The notes beneath the pieces are model-generated. The model ran no database searches. It was not told the DNA's origin and saw only the letters and a program-made list of their open reading frames with translations. A stretch of 64,000 bases of DNA from a bacterium (GTDB lineage Bacteria > Zhuqueibacterota > Zhuqueibacteria > Residuimicrobiales > Residuimicrobiaceae): assembly GCA_029565685.1 (NCBI GenBank), contig JAKQNR010000022.1:256468-320467 (forward strand), read 5' to 3'. Both the position numbers and the translations under genes were made by a program. Each line of letters opens with the position of its first letter. The first letter of the stretch is position 1. Below are positions 55,485 to 64,000 of this stretch, in pieces.

Positions 55485-58400
55485 TTATTCGCTGCGAACC
55501 AGGCGGAAATCCTCCATCAGGCCGTAGTCCAGCACACGATACGCACTCCCGGCCGGATAGCCCTTGGCCGCGCCTCGTTGAAACATGGGCGGCCAGGCTG
55601 CCCCCGGTTTGTCCTCATTATGATGCGGTCCCAGCAGATTTTTCAAACTGCCGTATACGATCACGTCGACCTGATTTCGTCCTGATCGCAGCAGACGATT
55701 TATCTCCAACTCTGCGGGCTCAAAGGCGATAATGCCGGCCTGTTCACCATTGACCAGCACCCGGGCGAAGGTCCCTTGCCAATCGCCCAGACAGATTTTG
55801 TATCGCGCATTCGTTGCAAAAGTTATCTCATAAGAGTGGCTGTAGACTACGCCGTCGCTGTAAAATGGCGCGCCCTGGTCTTTCCAGCTCCCCAAAGTCA
55901 TCTCTTTATCAGGGATTACAACGAAACCTTTATCCTCTGCTTTAAGAGAGAAATTGCCGCGCAGATACACAGGTTCCAGCTCTGTGTGAATGGTGAACCG
56001 GTCGCTGCGCAGAGTGATCTTGTTTTTGCCGACTGTGCACAGATCGCCGATTGAATAGACGCCAAAGTTTTTATCCAGCCACCATGCGTCTTTATTGCTG
56101 GCTACCGGCCGGTTGTTGACCGCCACTTGCCAGAGATGCGGCCGTTCAACCACCACCTGGAGAGAGGCCACTTCCACACCGGGCGTCAACATAAAGATAA
56201 AGTCTGCTTCAAAACCGGAACCCGGTGCAAAGGTATCCAGGTCCAGCAGGCTGGTTTTATACTGAACGGCGCTGTCCCAGGGATTGCCTTTGAGGCCGTT
56301 CGCCTGAAAGGTCTTGCGTTGCGCATCATAGAAATAGAGATCTTTTTCGCGCTTGCTCTTGATGGCGAGATCGCAATAGTCCATGGTCAAAGCGTTCAGA
56401 GTTTCGCGGCGAATGGTCAGCGCATCCACTGGAGGGATGACCGATAGCCGGCCGACGGGCGTTTTTTTTACGTTCGATGCGCCGGACCGTAGACACAACA
56501 GCAGACTTCCGGCTGGAGGCAAGGCAAAGTGAACCTCATGGGCCTTGCCTGCTTGGACAACCGGATACGGTTTGGCTGTACCGGTAAAAAGATCCCATTG
56601 TTCGACGCCGGTCTTGGCCAGAGTGATTTTTCCAGAGGCGGCGACTGAATCCGAGATATTGACCAGGAGCAAGAGCTCGGCATCGTTCAAAACCCGACGA
56701 TGATGAAACAGCATCTCAGGATTGACGAGGTCGAAGAAGCGGAGCACCGGCGGCTGCAAGTCTGATATGAGGTCAAAACCGCTGTTGCCATTCACATGCT
56801 TCCAGGTGGACGAGTGTTCCTTGCTGCACTGTGCAATCCGATCGCTGGCACGGCCGTCGATATAGTCCGGATCGCCGAAAGAGAGCACCCGGCCTTTTTG
56901 ATTTGCATAATGGACGAGCAATTCAGCGGTGGAACTGTCCAGGTTTTCCGTCATAGGGGGCAGGATAACCAGATCATAGATGCATTCGCCCACGCGCAGA
57001 CGTTCACCTTCCGTACCGGCGAGGCGGCGCATGATCTCTTCACAGCCCAGATCATATTCGATCTGCCGCTTTTCCAGTTCATTGACGAAATTTTGAAAAC
57101 AGACTCCCAGGGAATCCATCCAGGGATGATCGGTTGTGCGGGCATAGTGCATCCAAGCGGTGGTGGTCGGTTCCAGCACCAGGATGCGGTTCTCCTGCCT
57201 GCCGCTGCTCATGGCGACAGACAATCTTGCGATATAATCCGCCAGCTCTTTATAGGCCGGCCACCAGGGCTCATGGTAGGAGAACGACTGCGGATGATCC
57301 CTTTTTCTCGCTCCCATGATGGTCATGTAGGAGAGATGTTGGTTGAGAAAATTGACGCCAAGGGCATATTCCCAGTCAGCGATGCGTTTCTGGTCGCGGA
57401 AAGTGAGGTCCCAGCCTGCGGCGCCGTAGGTTTCGGACAGTGTGCGTTTAAAGCCCATTTGATTCGCTGCGCTGCGGATCTCTTTGACAGCGCGGTGGTT
57501 GCCGAATTGTGCGTCCGGATCGGTTCGATACTGGTTCATGAGGATATCGATGCCCGGCATATGTGAATAGGATGAGAGGGCCATGTTGTCCGGTCCGTGA
57601 TCCGGGGACGGCCAACGATGTTCCCAGTAGTGGCCGGTGAAGCACAAATGGTATTTTTGGCAATAGTCGGCATAAGGTTTGGCCCAATTATCGATAAAGA
57701 GCTCCAGCAGGGTGGCATAATAATTATGCCGCACCCGGCGCCAATCGCCGATGTCTTTAAAGAGCGAGGGCAGATGCAGTCGAAGATCGTAGCCCCAGCG
57801 CGCGGAAAAGGCCTCGAACAGCTTGGGCGTGTATTGGACGCAGGTGTGATCGCCCGCCGGCGCGATATGCGCTTCATCCTGAAAAACGCCGGGCACGGTG
57901 TTGCCAAAGGCTTCGCCGAACGCAGCCCGATAGGGTTCCATGGTGGTTGCGATGAATTTCTCCGTCACCTCACGCTGCATAATGTCCACATAGTTGAATC
58001 CACCGTACCAGGGGCTGGGATTTCGTTCCTTGTAGCTGAAGAGATAAAAATCGCCTTTGCCGAAATCCTGCTGTTCCCATCGATCGGTGATGTCCTCAAA
58101 GCCATCGGCATCAGCGGCCAGCACCAGCACCGGTTTTTGCGCCGAGCGGTCGGGCAGCTTGTTCACGTTGGTCATCTGCAGGCTTTTCACCAGAGAGCCG
58201 GGCATCTCCGCCGGCACATGGCCGCCGGCGAAACCGGAGGGATACGAGTTTTCATCATAGATCCACACCTTCATGCCCAATTCTTTGCCCTTGGCAACGG
58301 TGTAGGCGCACAGATCCAGCCATTCCGGTGAGAGATAAGGGGTGATGAGTCCGGGCCGCGGATGGATAAAGACTCCACCCAGACCATGGTCGCGAAAATC

Positions 58401-58595
58401 GATCAGCTGATCGTCTATGTCGCTTTTCGATACGCGTGTGTTCCACACCCAGAGAGGAGCGCTGCGCATATCAGCCGGAGGATTCTGGAAATCGGCGAAA
58501 ACCTGAGCGCAGCGGTCGAGGACGGGTTTGCGTTGGCAGCTGAACAGCATGGACATGGCAAACAGGAAAAGGATGGATCCTTTGAACCGGTTCAT
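55485..58595 (-). CDS. GH106-like glycoside hydrolase (putative alpha-L-rhamnosidase), lipoprotein
   Basis: LFSC lipobox; FIHPRPGL, IYDENSYPSGFAGG, FQDE, PGIDIL, SETYGAAGW, LGVNF. Confidence 0.7.
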   Translation of the reverse strand: MNRFKGSILFLFAMSMLFSCQRKPVLDRCAQVFADFQNPPADMRSAPLWVWNTRVSKSDIDDQLIDFRDHGLGGVFIHPRPGLITPYLSPEWLDLCAYTVAKGKELGMKVWIYDENSYPSGFAGGHVPAEMPGSLVKSLQMTNVNKLPDRSAQKPVLVLAADADGFEDITDRWEQQDFGKGDFYLFSYKERNPSPWYGGFNYVDIMQREVTEKFIATTMEPYRAAFGEAFGNTVPGVFQDEAHIAPAGDHTCVQYTPKLFEAFSARWGYDLRLHLPSLFKDIGDWRRVRHNYYATLLELFIDNWAKPYADYCQKYHLCFTGHYWEHRWPSPDHGPDNMALSSYSHMPGIDILMNQYRTDPDAQFGNHRAVKEIRSAANQMGFKRTLSETYGAAGWDLTFRDQKRIADWEYALGVNFLNQHLSYMTIMGARKRDHPQSFSYHEPWWPAYKELADYIARLSVAMSSGRQENRILVLEPTTTAWMHYARTTDHPWMDSLGVCFQNFVNELEKRQIEYDLGCEEIMRRLAGTEGERLRVGECIYDLVILPPMTENLDSSTAELLVHYANQKGRVLSFGDPDYIDGRASDRIAQCSKEHSSTWKHVNGNSGFDLISDLQPPVLRFFDLVNPEMLFHHRRVLNDAELLLLVNISDSVAASGKITLAKTGVEQWDLFTGTAKPYPVVQAGKAHEVHFALPPAGSLLLCLRSGASNVKKTPVGRLSVIPPVDALTIRRETLNALTMDYCDLAIKSKREKDLYFYDAQRKTFQANGLKGNPWDSAVQYKTSLLDLDTFAPGSGFEADFIFMLTPGVEVASLQVVVERPHLWQVAVNNRPVASNKDAWWLDKNFGVYSIGDLCTVGKNKITLRSDRFTIHTELEPVYLRGNFSLKAEDKGFVVIPDKEMTLGSWKDQGAPFYSDGVVYSHSYEITFATNARYKICLGDWQGTFARVLVNGEQAGIIAFEPAELEINRLLRSGRNQVDVIVYGSLKNLLGPHHNEDKPGAAWPPMFQRGAAKGYPAGSAYRVLDYGLMEDFRLVRSE

Positions 58596-58658
58596 GGCTT
58601 CTCTCTTTCCCGGCGTACGTGCCGCATGTGAAGGGGATGGATGGCTCTATTTTTTTAA

Positions 58659-60086
58659 TTATGATCTTCTGCGACCGCCCCGGCTTTTGCGTTTGCGCTC
58701 AGCGGGTGGCTTTTTTTCTTGGGTCTCGCGACCGGGCTCATCAGGCACTGGAACCGGTGCATGCAGCATCTGCTGATAATAATCATCCAGCAGCATGGCG
58801 ATGATGGCCGATTCCTCTTCGTTCTCCGCCAAGCTGCGGCTCAGGGGGATGAACCGGCGGCTGCGCTCTGTCACCGCCCGGTCGCGATCGCGCAGCTGAG
58901 CTTCGAGCAGCGCAAGGACCCTTTCCGAGACCACTGCTTCCACATCCGCGTCGGTCGGCAGCGGCCGTTCGATGAGTTCGATCTGATAACGATTGGCGAT
59001 GCGGTTGAGCATAAACAATTCCAGCTGAGAGACCAGGGAGATGGCTACGCCGGAAGCCCCGGCCCGGCTGGTCCGTCCGGCGCGGTGGATATAGGCTTCA
59101 AAATCTTCGGGCGGTTCGTACTGTATAACATGGGATAACGCCGGCAGATCGATGCCCCGGGCCGCGACATCGGTGGCCACCAGAAAACGAAGCGTACCTT
59201 TGCGCACGCGATCCAGCACTTTTTCACGTACGTTCTGGCTCAGGTCCGACGTCAACTCATCGGCGTTGTAGCCGAATTGCTGCAGCACGATGGAGACATA
59301 GTGCACCTGCACTTTGGTGTTGCAAAAGATGATGGCGGAAGCGGGATTCTCGATCTCGATAATGCGGATCAGGCTGCGGTCCTTGTCCATGCCGGAGACG
59401 ATATAGTAAACATGTTCGGTATCGGTCACGTGGACGTGATCCTGGCTCAGCGACAGGAATTCCGGTTCATGGAGAAACTCACGCGCGGTGTTCAAAACAT
59501 GAGAGGGAAACGTGGCGGAAAACATGCAGCCGTGCAGCGGACGATCCGGCAGATACCGCTGCAGCTTTTTCATATCCGGATAAAAACCCATGGAGAGCAT
59601 GCGGTCGGCTTCGTCAAAGATCAACATCTGCAGATGGTTCAGAGACAAAGCGCCGTGCATGAGATGATCGAGCACGCGTCCGGGCGTGCCGACGATGACG
59701 TGTGCGCCTTGGCGAAAGGCATCGCGTTGAGCGGCGTACCCTGTGCCGCCGTAAACCGCCACCACCCGTAGACCGGTGCCGGCGAACAGTTTTTCGCCCT
59801 CCTGAGCCACCTGCCGGGCCAGCTCCCGGGTGGGAACCAGAATGAGCGCTTGACACTGATTTTTAGCCGGATCCAGCCGCTCCAGCATGGGCAGAAGAAA
59901 AGCGCCTGTCTTGCCGCTGCCGGTGCGGGCCTGAATCATCATGTTGCGCCGCGCCAACAGGTAGGGGATTGCCCGCGCCTGTACCGGCATTAAAACGCTC
60001 CAGCCGGCGCGCGCTACTGCCGCCTGCAGGGCCGGAGCCAGCTGTTCTACAGTTGTGTCAGACAATGAAGAGACAGAATCGTTCAT
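58659..60086 (-). CDS. DEAD-box RNA helicase
   Basis: ARTGSGKT, PTRELA, TPGR, DEAD, SAT, TDVAARGID, HRAGRT. Confidence 0.95.
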   Translation of the reverse strand: MNDSVSSLSDTTVEQLAPALQAAVARAGWSVLMPVQARAIPYLLARRNMMIQARTGSGKTGAFLLPMLERLDPAKNQCQALILVPTRELARQVAQEGEKLFAGTGLRVVAVYGGTGYAAQRDAFRQGAHVIVGTPGRVLDHLMHGALSLNHLQMLIFDEADRMLSMGFYPDMKKLQRYLPDRPLHGCMFSATFPSHVLNTAREFLHEPEFLSLSQDHVHVTDTEHVYYIVSGMDKDRSLIRIIEIENPASAIIFCNTKVQVHYVSIVLQQFGYNADELTSDLSQNVREKVLDRVRKGTLRFLVATDVAARGIDLPALSHVIQYEPPEDFEAYIHRAGRTSRAGASGVAISLVSQLELFMLNRIANRYQIELIERPLPTDADVEAVVSERVLALLEAQLRDRDRAVTERSRRFIPLSRSLAENEEESAIIAMLLDDYYQQMLHAPVPVPDEPGRETQEKKPPAERKRKSRGGRRRS

Positions 60087-60231
60087 GAAACCTCGTTCAT
60101 TAAGATGGGTTAGCAGAAAGCGATGAATTATAAAGATTCGCTCAGTATTTGAAAAAGCTATTTAAAAAACATTTTCGATCGTTGCGCCCCGCAGGGAATC
60201 CCTTGCGGAATTCACAGGGGCCACCGACCCA

Positions 60232-61755
60232 TTATCTGTAGATTTGCACATAATCCAATGAAATAAGCGATTGACAACCTGAGGCATTCACGATGTCCAA
60301 CCAGCGCCCTGTAGTGCCCCAGATACCGCTCACGATCACAGGACGGTGGTCAGCGGCAAAAGCAATCAACTCGTCATAATTTTTAATATGGCTTTGCCGG
60401 CGAATATTCGGATTCAATTTATCACTGATTTCCAGACCGAAGTGGTTTTCCAGTCCTGAGAGGATGCGAGCCTTTGTTTCAACCGCAAAGCCCGGCCAGG
60501 AAGCCATGAAATCGGTCGTACCAGTATGTGCATCAATCACCTGGCTGATCTCGGAGATTGACGAAATTTTCCAGTTTTGTCGATGATGCTTCGGTGGCCA
60601 TAGGCCTGGCATTTTTTCACCGGATATGCTGATTCGGTAAAAGGTGTACAGTCCTGCAGAAAAATAAACGGTCAGGGCAAAGATACTGATGACCGAAAGG
60701 ATTGGTCTGGACAGAGCCTTTGTTCTCACTGCAGTCAAATCGGATGAAACATCAAAGAGATATAAAATCAGAAACGGAATCACACTGGTAAAATACTGCG
60801 GATGACAGGGCGTTGGCAAAAAATGGATAAAGGTGAGCGCCAAGACGATAAGCAAATTGATGTTGAAGATTTTACTTTTTCGCAAGTTGCGTCCAATAAA
60901 GAAGAGTAAGGCGATGATGAGCATACCCAGCTGTATTGTTGCTTCACGCCCCAGGTAACCGCTGGACTTTATTCCAAGGAGTTGGCCAAGTACGAGACAT
61001 TTATCCTGAAAATTTCCGATTAATCCCGCTTCACTTCTCATGGCGTGATAACCTACATTTCCCAGCATGAAATTTTCCCACGAAGAGAAAAAAACGATAA
61101 GCGGCGAAAAGCCGATAGCCAAGCCGAATAGGAAATAGCATAAAGGGACAAATTTCCCGCCATTCATCTTTTTTTCCGCGGGCAGTATCGCATAGAGCGC
61201 GCAGGGAATTAAAATGCCATAGGTGGATCGCATCAAGATTGCAAAAGAGAGAAGGACACCAGAGACGATCATCGCCGATCGATGTTGCTGCAAATGCTGC
61301 AGGGAATAAAAGCTGCTTAACGCGAACAGTGTCGCCGGAGCAAACGTTTTAATCGTAGAATGCCATTCCAGGATCCATGACGAAAAGAAAAACAACGCAG
61401 CGGCCCATACTGCATATTTGGCGCTGGATGTTTTTTTTACCTGCTGATAAATAACCAAACCGCATACTACATTGAGACCGGCCGCAAAAATGCGCGCATA
61501 GAGCCATGCAGAACCCGGCAGGTTAAAGAGAACACTGAATAGATAAGGCAGACCGGGCGCCTGGGTGTAAAAAAAATCCCTATATAACCGTTCACCATTA
61601 TGGATCAACCGGGCTGCCAGTAAATAGTATCCCTCATCCGCATCGACAAACCGCATGACCGCAGCTGAAACGCTGAAGGACGAAAGCACAGACAGTATCC
61701 ACCATGACCGTCGCGTCGTTTTCTGCTGTGATAGGCTGCTTCTACTGGCTCTCAT
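60232..61755 (-). CDS. GT-C membrane glycosyltransferase (ArnT/PMT_2-like)
   Basis: DADEGYY...LYRDFFYTQAPG after the first TM segment; many hydrophobic segments. Confidence 0.7.
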   Translation of the reverse strand: MRASRSSLSQQKTTRRSWWILSVLSSFSVSAAVMRFVDADEGYYLLAARLIHNGERLYRDFFYTQAPGLPYLFSVLFNLPGSAWLYARIFAAGLNVVCGLVIYQQVKKTSSAKYAVWAAALFFFSSWILEWHSTIKTFAPATLFALSSFYSLQHLQQHRSAMIVSGVLLSFAILMRSTYGILIPCALYAILPAEKKMNGGKFVPLCYFLFGLAIGFSPLIVFFSSWENFMLGNVGYHAMRSEAGLIGNFQDKCLVLGQLLGIKSSGYLGREATIQLGMLIIALLFFIGRNLRKSKIFNINLLIVLALTFIHFLPTPCHPQYFTSVIPFLILYLFDVSSDLTAVRTKALSRPILSVISIFALTVYFSAGLYTFYRISISGEKMPGLWPPKHHRQNWKISSISEISQVIDAHTGTTDFMASWPGFAVETKARILSGLENHFGLEISDKLNPNIRRQSHIKNYDELIAFAADHRPVIVSGIWGTTGRWLDIVNASGCQSLISLDYVQIYR

Positions 61756-61866
61756 AAAGGGATCACATTGGGATGAAGGGAAAATTTATGTTAAATTTTA
61801 ATCAATTATGAAGTTATATTCAAGGATTTTTTTAGGAATCGGGACCCTGCGCCGGCGAAAAACTTA

Positions 61867-61895
61867 TTGATATTTCGCTTAAATGCAGTTAAATT
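61867..61895 (+). promoter_or_regulatory. Sigma70-type promoter
   Basis: TTGATA, 17 bp, TAAATT. Confidence 0.5.
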
Positions 61896-61933
61896 GCTTA
61901 TCCTATCATTTTGTTTAATAAGGAAAATTGATT

Positions 61934-62974
61934 ATGCCCGCTTCACCGCGAGAAATCGTTAAAGCCTGTTTGGAATTCAATCACCCGGAACGCCTGCCGC
62001 GAGACCTGTGGCTGTTGCCCTGGGCGCAATGGCACTATCCGGCTGAAGTGGCTGACCTGCAAGAGCAGTATCCCAATGACATCATCGACGCCCCCAAAGT
62101 GTACCAGCCGTCGAGCCGCATGCAGGGCGATGAATATCGTCAGGGAAGTTTTACCGACGAGTGGGGATGCGTGTTCACCAACATTCAGGACGGCCTGATC
62201 GGTGAGGTGCGCACTCCGATGCTGGCCGATATCGCGGATTGGCGTTCAATTCAACCGCCCTATGAACTGCTGCCGGTCGGCCAGGCGGCTGCCCGGGCTG
62301 TGCAAACCGTGGACCGCTTTTGCGAACAGACAGACCGGTTCGTCCTTGCCGCCATGTGTCCCCGGCCATGGGAGCGCTACCAATTCATCCGCGGCAGCGA
62401 AAACACCTATCTCGATATCATGGAGCCGGAGAACGGCTGTCTCGATCTTCTACGCCGCATTCACGAGTTTTACCTGCGAGAAATCGAATTCTGGATGCAA
62501 ACGCGGGTGGACGGCATCCGGTTTATGGATGATTGGGGAAGTCAGAATCAACTGCTTATTCCGCCCAGACTTTGGCGTGAACTGTTTCAACCACTGTATC
62601 AGGATTACTGCGATCTGGCCAAAGCGCACGGCAAAAAGGTTTTTATGCACTCGGACGGTCATATTCAGGAGATATACCCTGATCTGATCCGCACCGGCGT
62701 GGATGCCATCAATTCTCAATTGTTCTGCATGGACCTAGATTATCTGCAGCGAACCGCGGCCGGCCGCATCACGTTTTGGGGTGAGATCGACCGCCAGCAT
62801 GTACTGCCCTCCACGGATCCAGAAGTGGGGCGGGAGGCGGTCCGCCGACTGGCATCGCATCTCTATGATCCCAGCGGCGGCCTCATCGTGCAATTCGAGC
62901 TCGGCGCCGGGGCCAACCCCGCTGTGGCCCGGGCTATTTTTGCAGAGTGGGACAGAATACAAAGCGAACTATGA
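61934..62974 (+). CDS. Uroporphyrinogen decarboxylase / MtaA-CmuA family protein
   Basis: TDEWGC, IRG.EN, FMDDWGSQ..LI.P..WR..F.P.Y, FMHSDG, FWGEIDRQ. Start ATG 61934 or TTG 61928. Confidence 0.8.
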   Translation: MPASPREIVKACLEFNHPERLPRDLWLLPWAQWHYPAEVADLQEQYPNDIIDAPKVYQPSSRMQGDEYRQGSFTDEWGCVFTNIQDGLIGEVRTPMLADIADWRSIQPPYELLPVGQAAARAVQTVDRFCEQTDRFVLAAMCPRPWERYQFIRGSENTYLDIMEPENGCLDLLRRIHEFYLREIEFWMQTRVDGIRFMDDWGSQNQLLIPPRLWRELFQPLYQDYCDLAKAHGKKVFMHSDGHIQEIYPDLIRTGVDAINSQLFCMDLDYLQRTAAGRITFWGEIDRQHVLPSTDPEVGREAVRRLASHLYDPSGGLIVQFELGAGANPAVARAIFAEWDRIQSEL

Positions 62975-63060
62975 ATGGCGATTCGATTCTTAAAATTCGG
63001 CGGTTGCTGCTGGAGACAAAAGGAACGGCGCTGCAAGAGCTGGAAAAGCAGCTGGCATGA
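62971..63060 (+). pseudogene. 29-aa ORF resembling the C-terminus of an MFS sugar porter (probable deletion remnant)
   Basis: MNGDSILKIRRLLLETKGTALQELEKQLA*; ETKG-x-x-L-x-E-L-E resembles PETKGxxLEEIE; ATGA overlap with the upstream gene. Confidence 0.45.
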
Positions 63061-63140
63061 AACTCGTGCATACCGTGTCATGCGCCGGACGCAAGCAGTT
63101 GCGGAATCGAAGGATAGATGATGCGATCAAGAAAAATATC

Positions 63141-63188
63141 TTGCTTAAATACCGGCATTTGATTAAATTACTCACGTGTGCAATTTAA
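63141..63188 (+). promoter_or_regulatory. rhaA promoter with an overlapping 26-bp palindromic operator
   Basis: TTGCTT-17-TAAATT; TTAAATTACTCAC|GTGTGCAATTTAA (63163-63188), 11 of 13 pairs match. Confidence 0.6.
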
Positions 63189-63238
63189 GGTGAATATTTT
63201 TATAATTTAATTAAATTCAATATTTAAAGGGGTACGCT

Positions 63239-64000
63239 ATGGCCCGGAACAGCAGTGTGATGAAATCCTATCAACTTGCGCACGAACGCTATGCTGAACT
63301 AGGGGTTGATACGGATAAGGCTCTCGAACTGTTGAAACAGATTCCGATCTCGATTCAGTGTTGGCAGGGCGATGATGTCGTTGGGTTCGAAAAGGCTGAT
63401 TCACAATTCGGCGGCGGCATTCAGGCTACAGGCAACTATCCCGGCCGAGCGCGTACAGCGGACGAACTGCGTCAGGATTTCGAGATGGCGAAGAGCCTGA
63501 TTCCCGGCAATCATCGATTCAGTTTACATGCGATCTATGCCGAGACCGACGGCAAACGGGTTGAACGCGATGAGATCGGTCCCGAGTATTTTAAAAACTG
63601 GGTCAGTTGGGCTAAGGCGCAGAATTTAAAGCTGGATTTCAATCCGACGTTTTTCGCTCATCCCAAAGCGGACAGCGGCTACACCCTTGCTCATCGCGAC
63701 AAGACGATCCGGCAGTTCTGGATTCGCCATGGCATCGCCAGCCGCAGAATCGGCGCTTTTTTCGGCAAAGCGTTGGGTTCGCCGGCGGTCACCAATTTGT
63801 GGATTCCGGATGGCTCTAAAGACGCACCGGCAGACCGTAAAACGCCGCGTGAAATTCTCAAAGAATCATTGGATGAAATCTTTGCCGAGAAAATAGACCC
63901 GCGTCACAACCTGGATGCGGTGGAGTCCAAGCTGTTCGGCATCGCTTCTGAAAGTTATGTGGTCGGCTCTCATGAGTTTTATTTGGGCTATGCCATACAG
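63239..64000 (+). CDS. rhaA: L-rhamnose isomerase, 3' end runs off the window
   Basis: Not in the ORF track; hand translation from ATG 63239 gives [53 protein letters not shown]. Confidence 0.95.
   Translation, partial: MARNSSVMKSYQLAHERYAELGVDTDKALELLKQIPISIQCWQGDDVVGFEKADSQFGGGIQATGNYPGRARTADELRQDFEMAKSLIPGNHRFSLHAIYAETDGKRVERDEIGPEYFKNWVSWAKAQNLKLDFNPTFFAHPKADSGYTLAHRDKTIRQFWIRHGIASRRIGAFFGKALGSPAVTNLWIPDGSKDAPADRKTPREILKESLDEIFAEKIDPRHNLDAVESKLFGIASESYVVGSHEFYLGYAIQ

Noticed and set aside
60189-60208. GC hairpin after the GT-C gene
   Set aside because: Imperfect stem and no U-tract.
1-64000. rRNA, tRNA, CRISPR, transposase, integrase, prophage or defence genes
   Set aside because: None recognised; nearly all of the sequence is accounted for by the listed CDSs.

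Overview
Gene-dense glycan-utilisation region (mostly about 55% GC by eye) from a diderm bacterium that is probably a non-Bacteroidota FCB-group lineage such as KSB1 or Calditrichota. This is an inference from FlgD/T9SS-type YPNPFNP C-terminal domains, PorV/PorU-like genes, strong AGGAGG Shine-Dalgarno (SD) sites and TTGACA-17-TATAAT promoters. The main structure is a module that occurs twice on the minus strand and has no SusD: TonB-dependent receptor (TBDR) > PorV/PorQ-family barrel > large FN3 + CTD partner > accessory gene (PorU-like C25 sortase in copy 1; parvulin-like chaperones in copy 2) > secreted carbohydrate-binding-like cargo. In both copies the cargo gene has orphan perfect SD motifs upstream and a hairpin downstream. 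Each module is divergent from an enzyme operon with a pectin/rhamnogalacturonan theme (PL2-like, PL22-like, GH2, GH28, BNR/sialidase and several uncharacterised enzyme families). The window also holds a LacI repressor, a LytS/LytTR pair, a GH106-like hydrolase, a DEAD-box helicase, a GT-C glycosyltransferase, a URO-D-family protein, a probable sugar-porter remnant and the 5' part of rhaA. I found no rRNA, tRNA, CRISPR array or IS. All family calls are by motif recognition, not database search.
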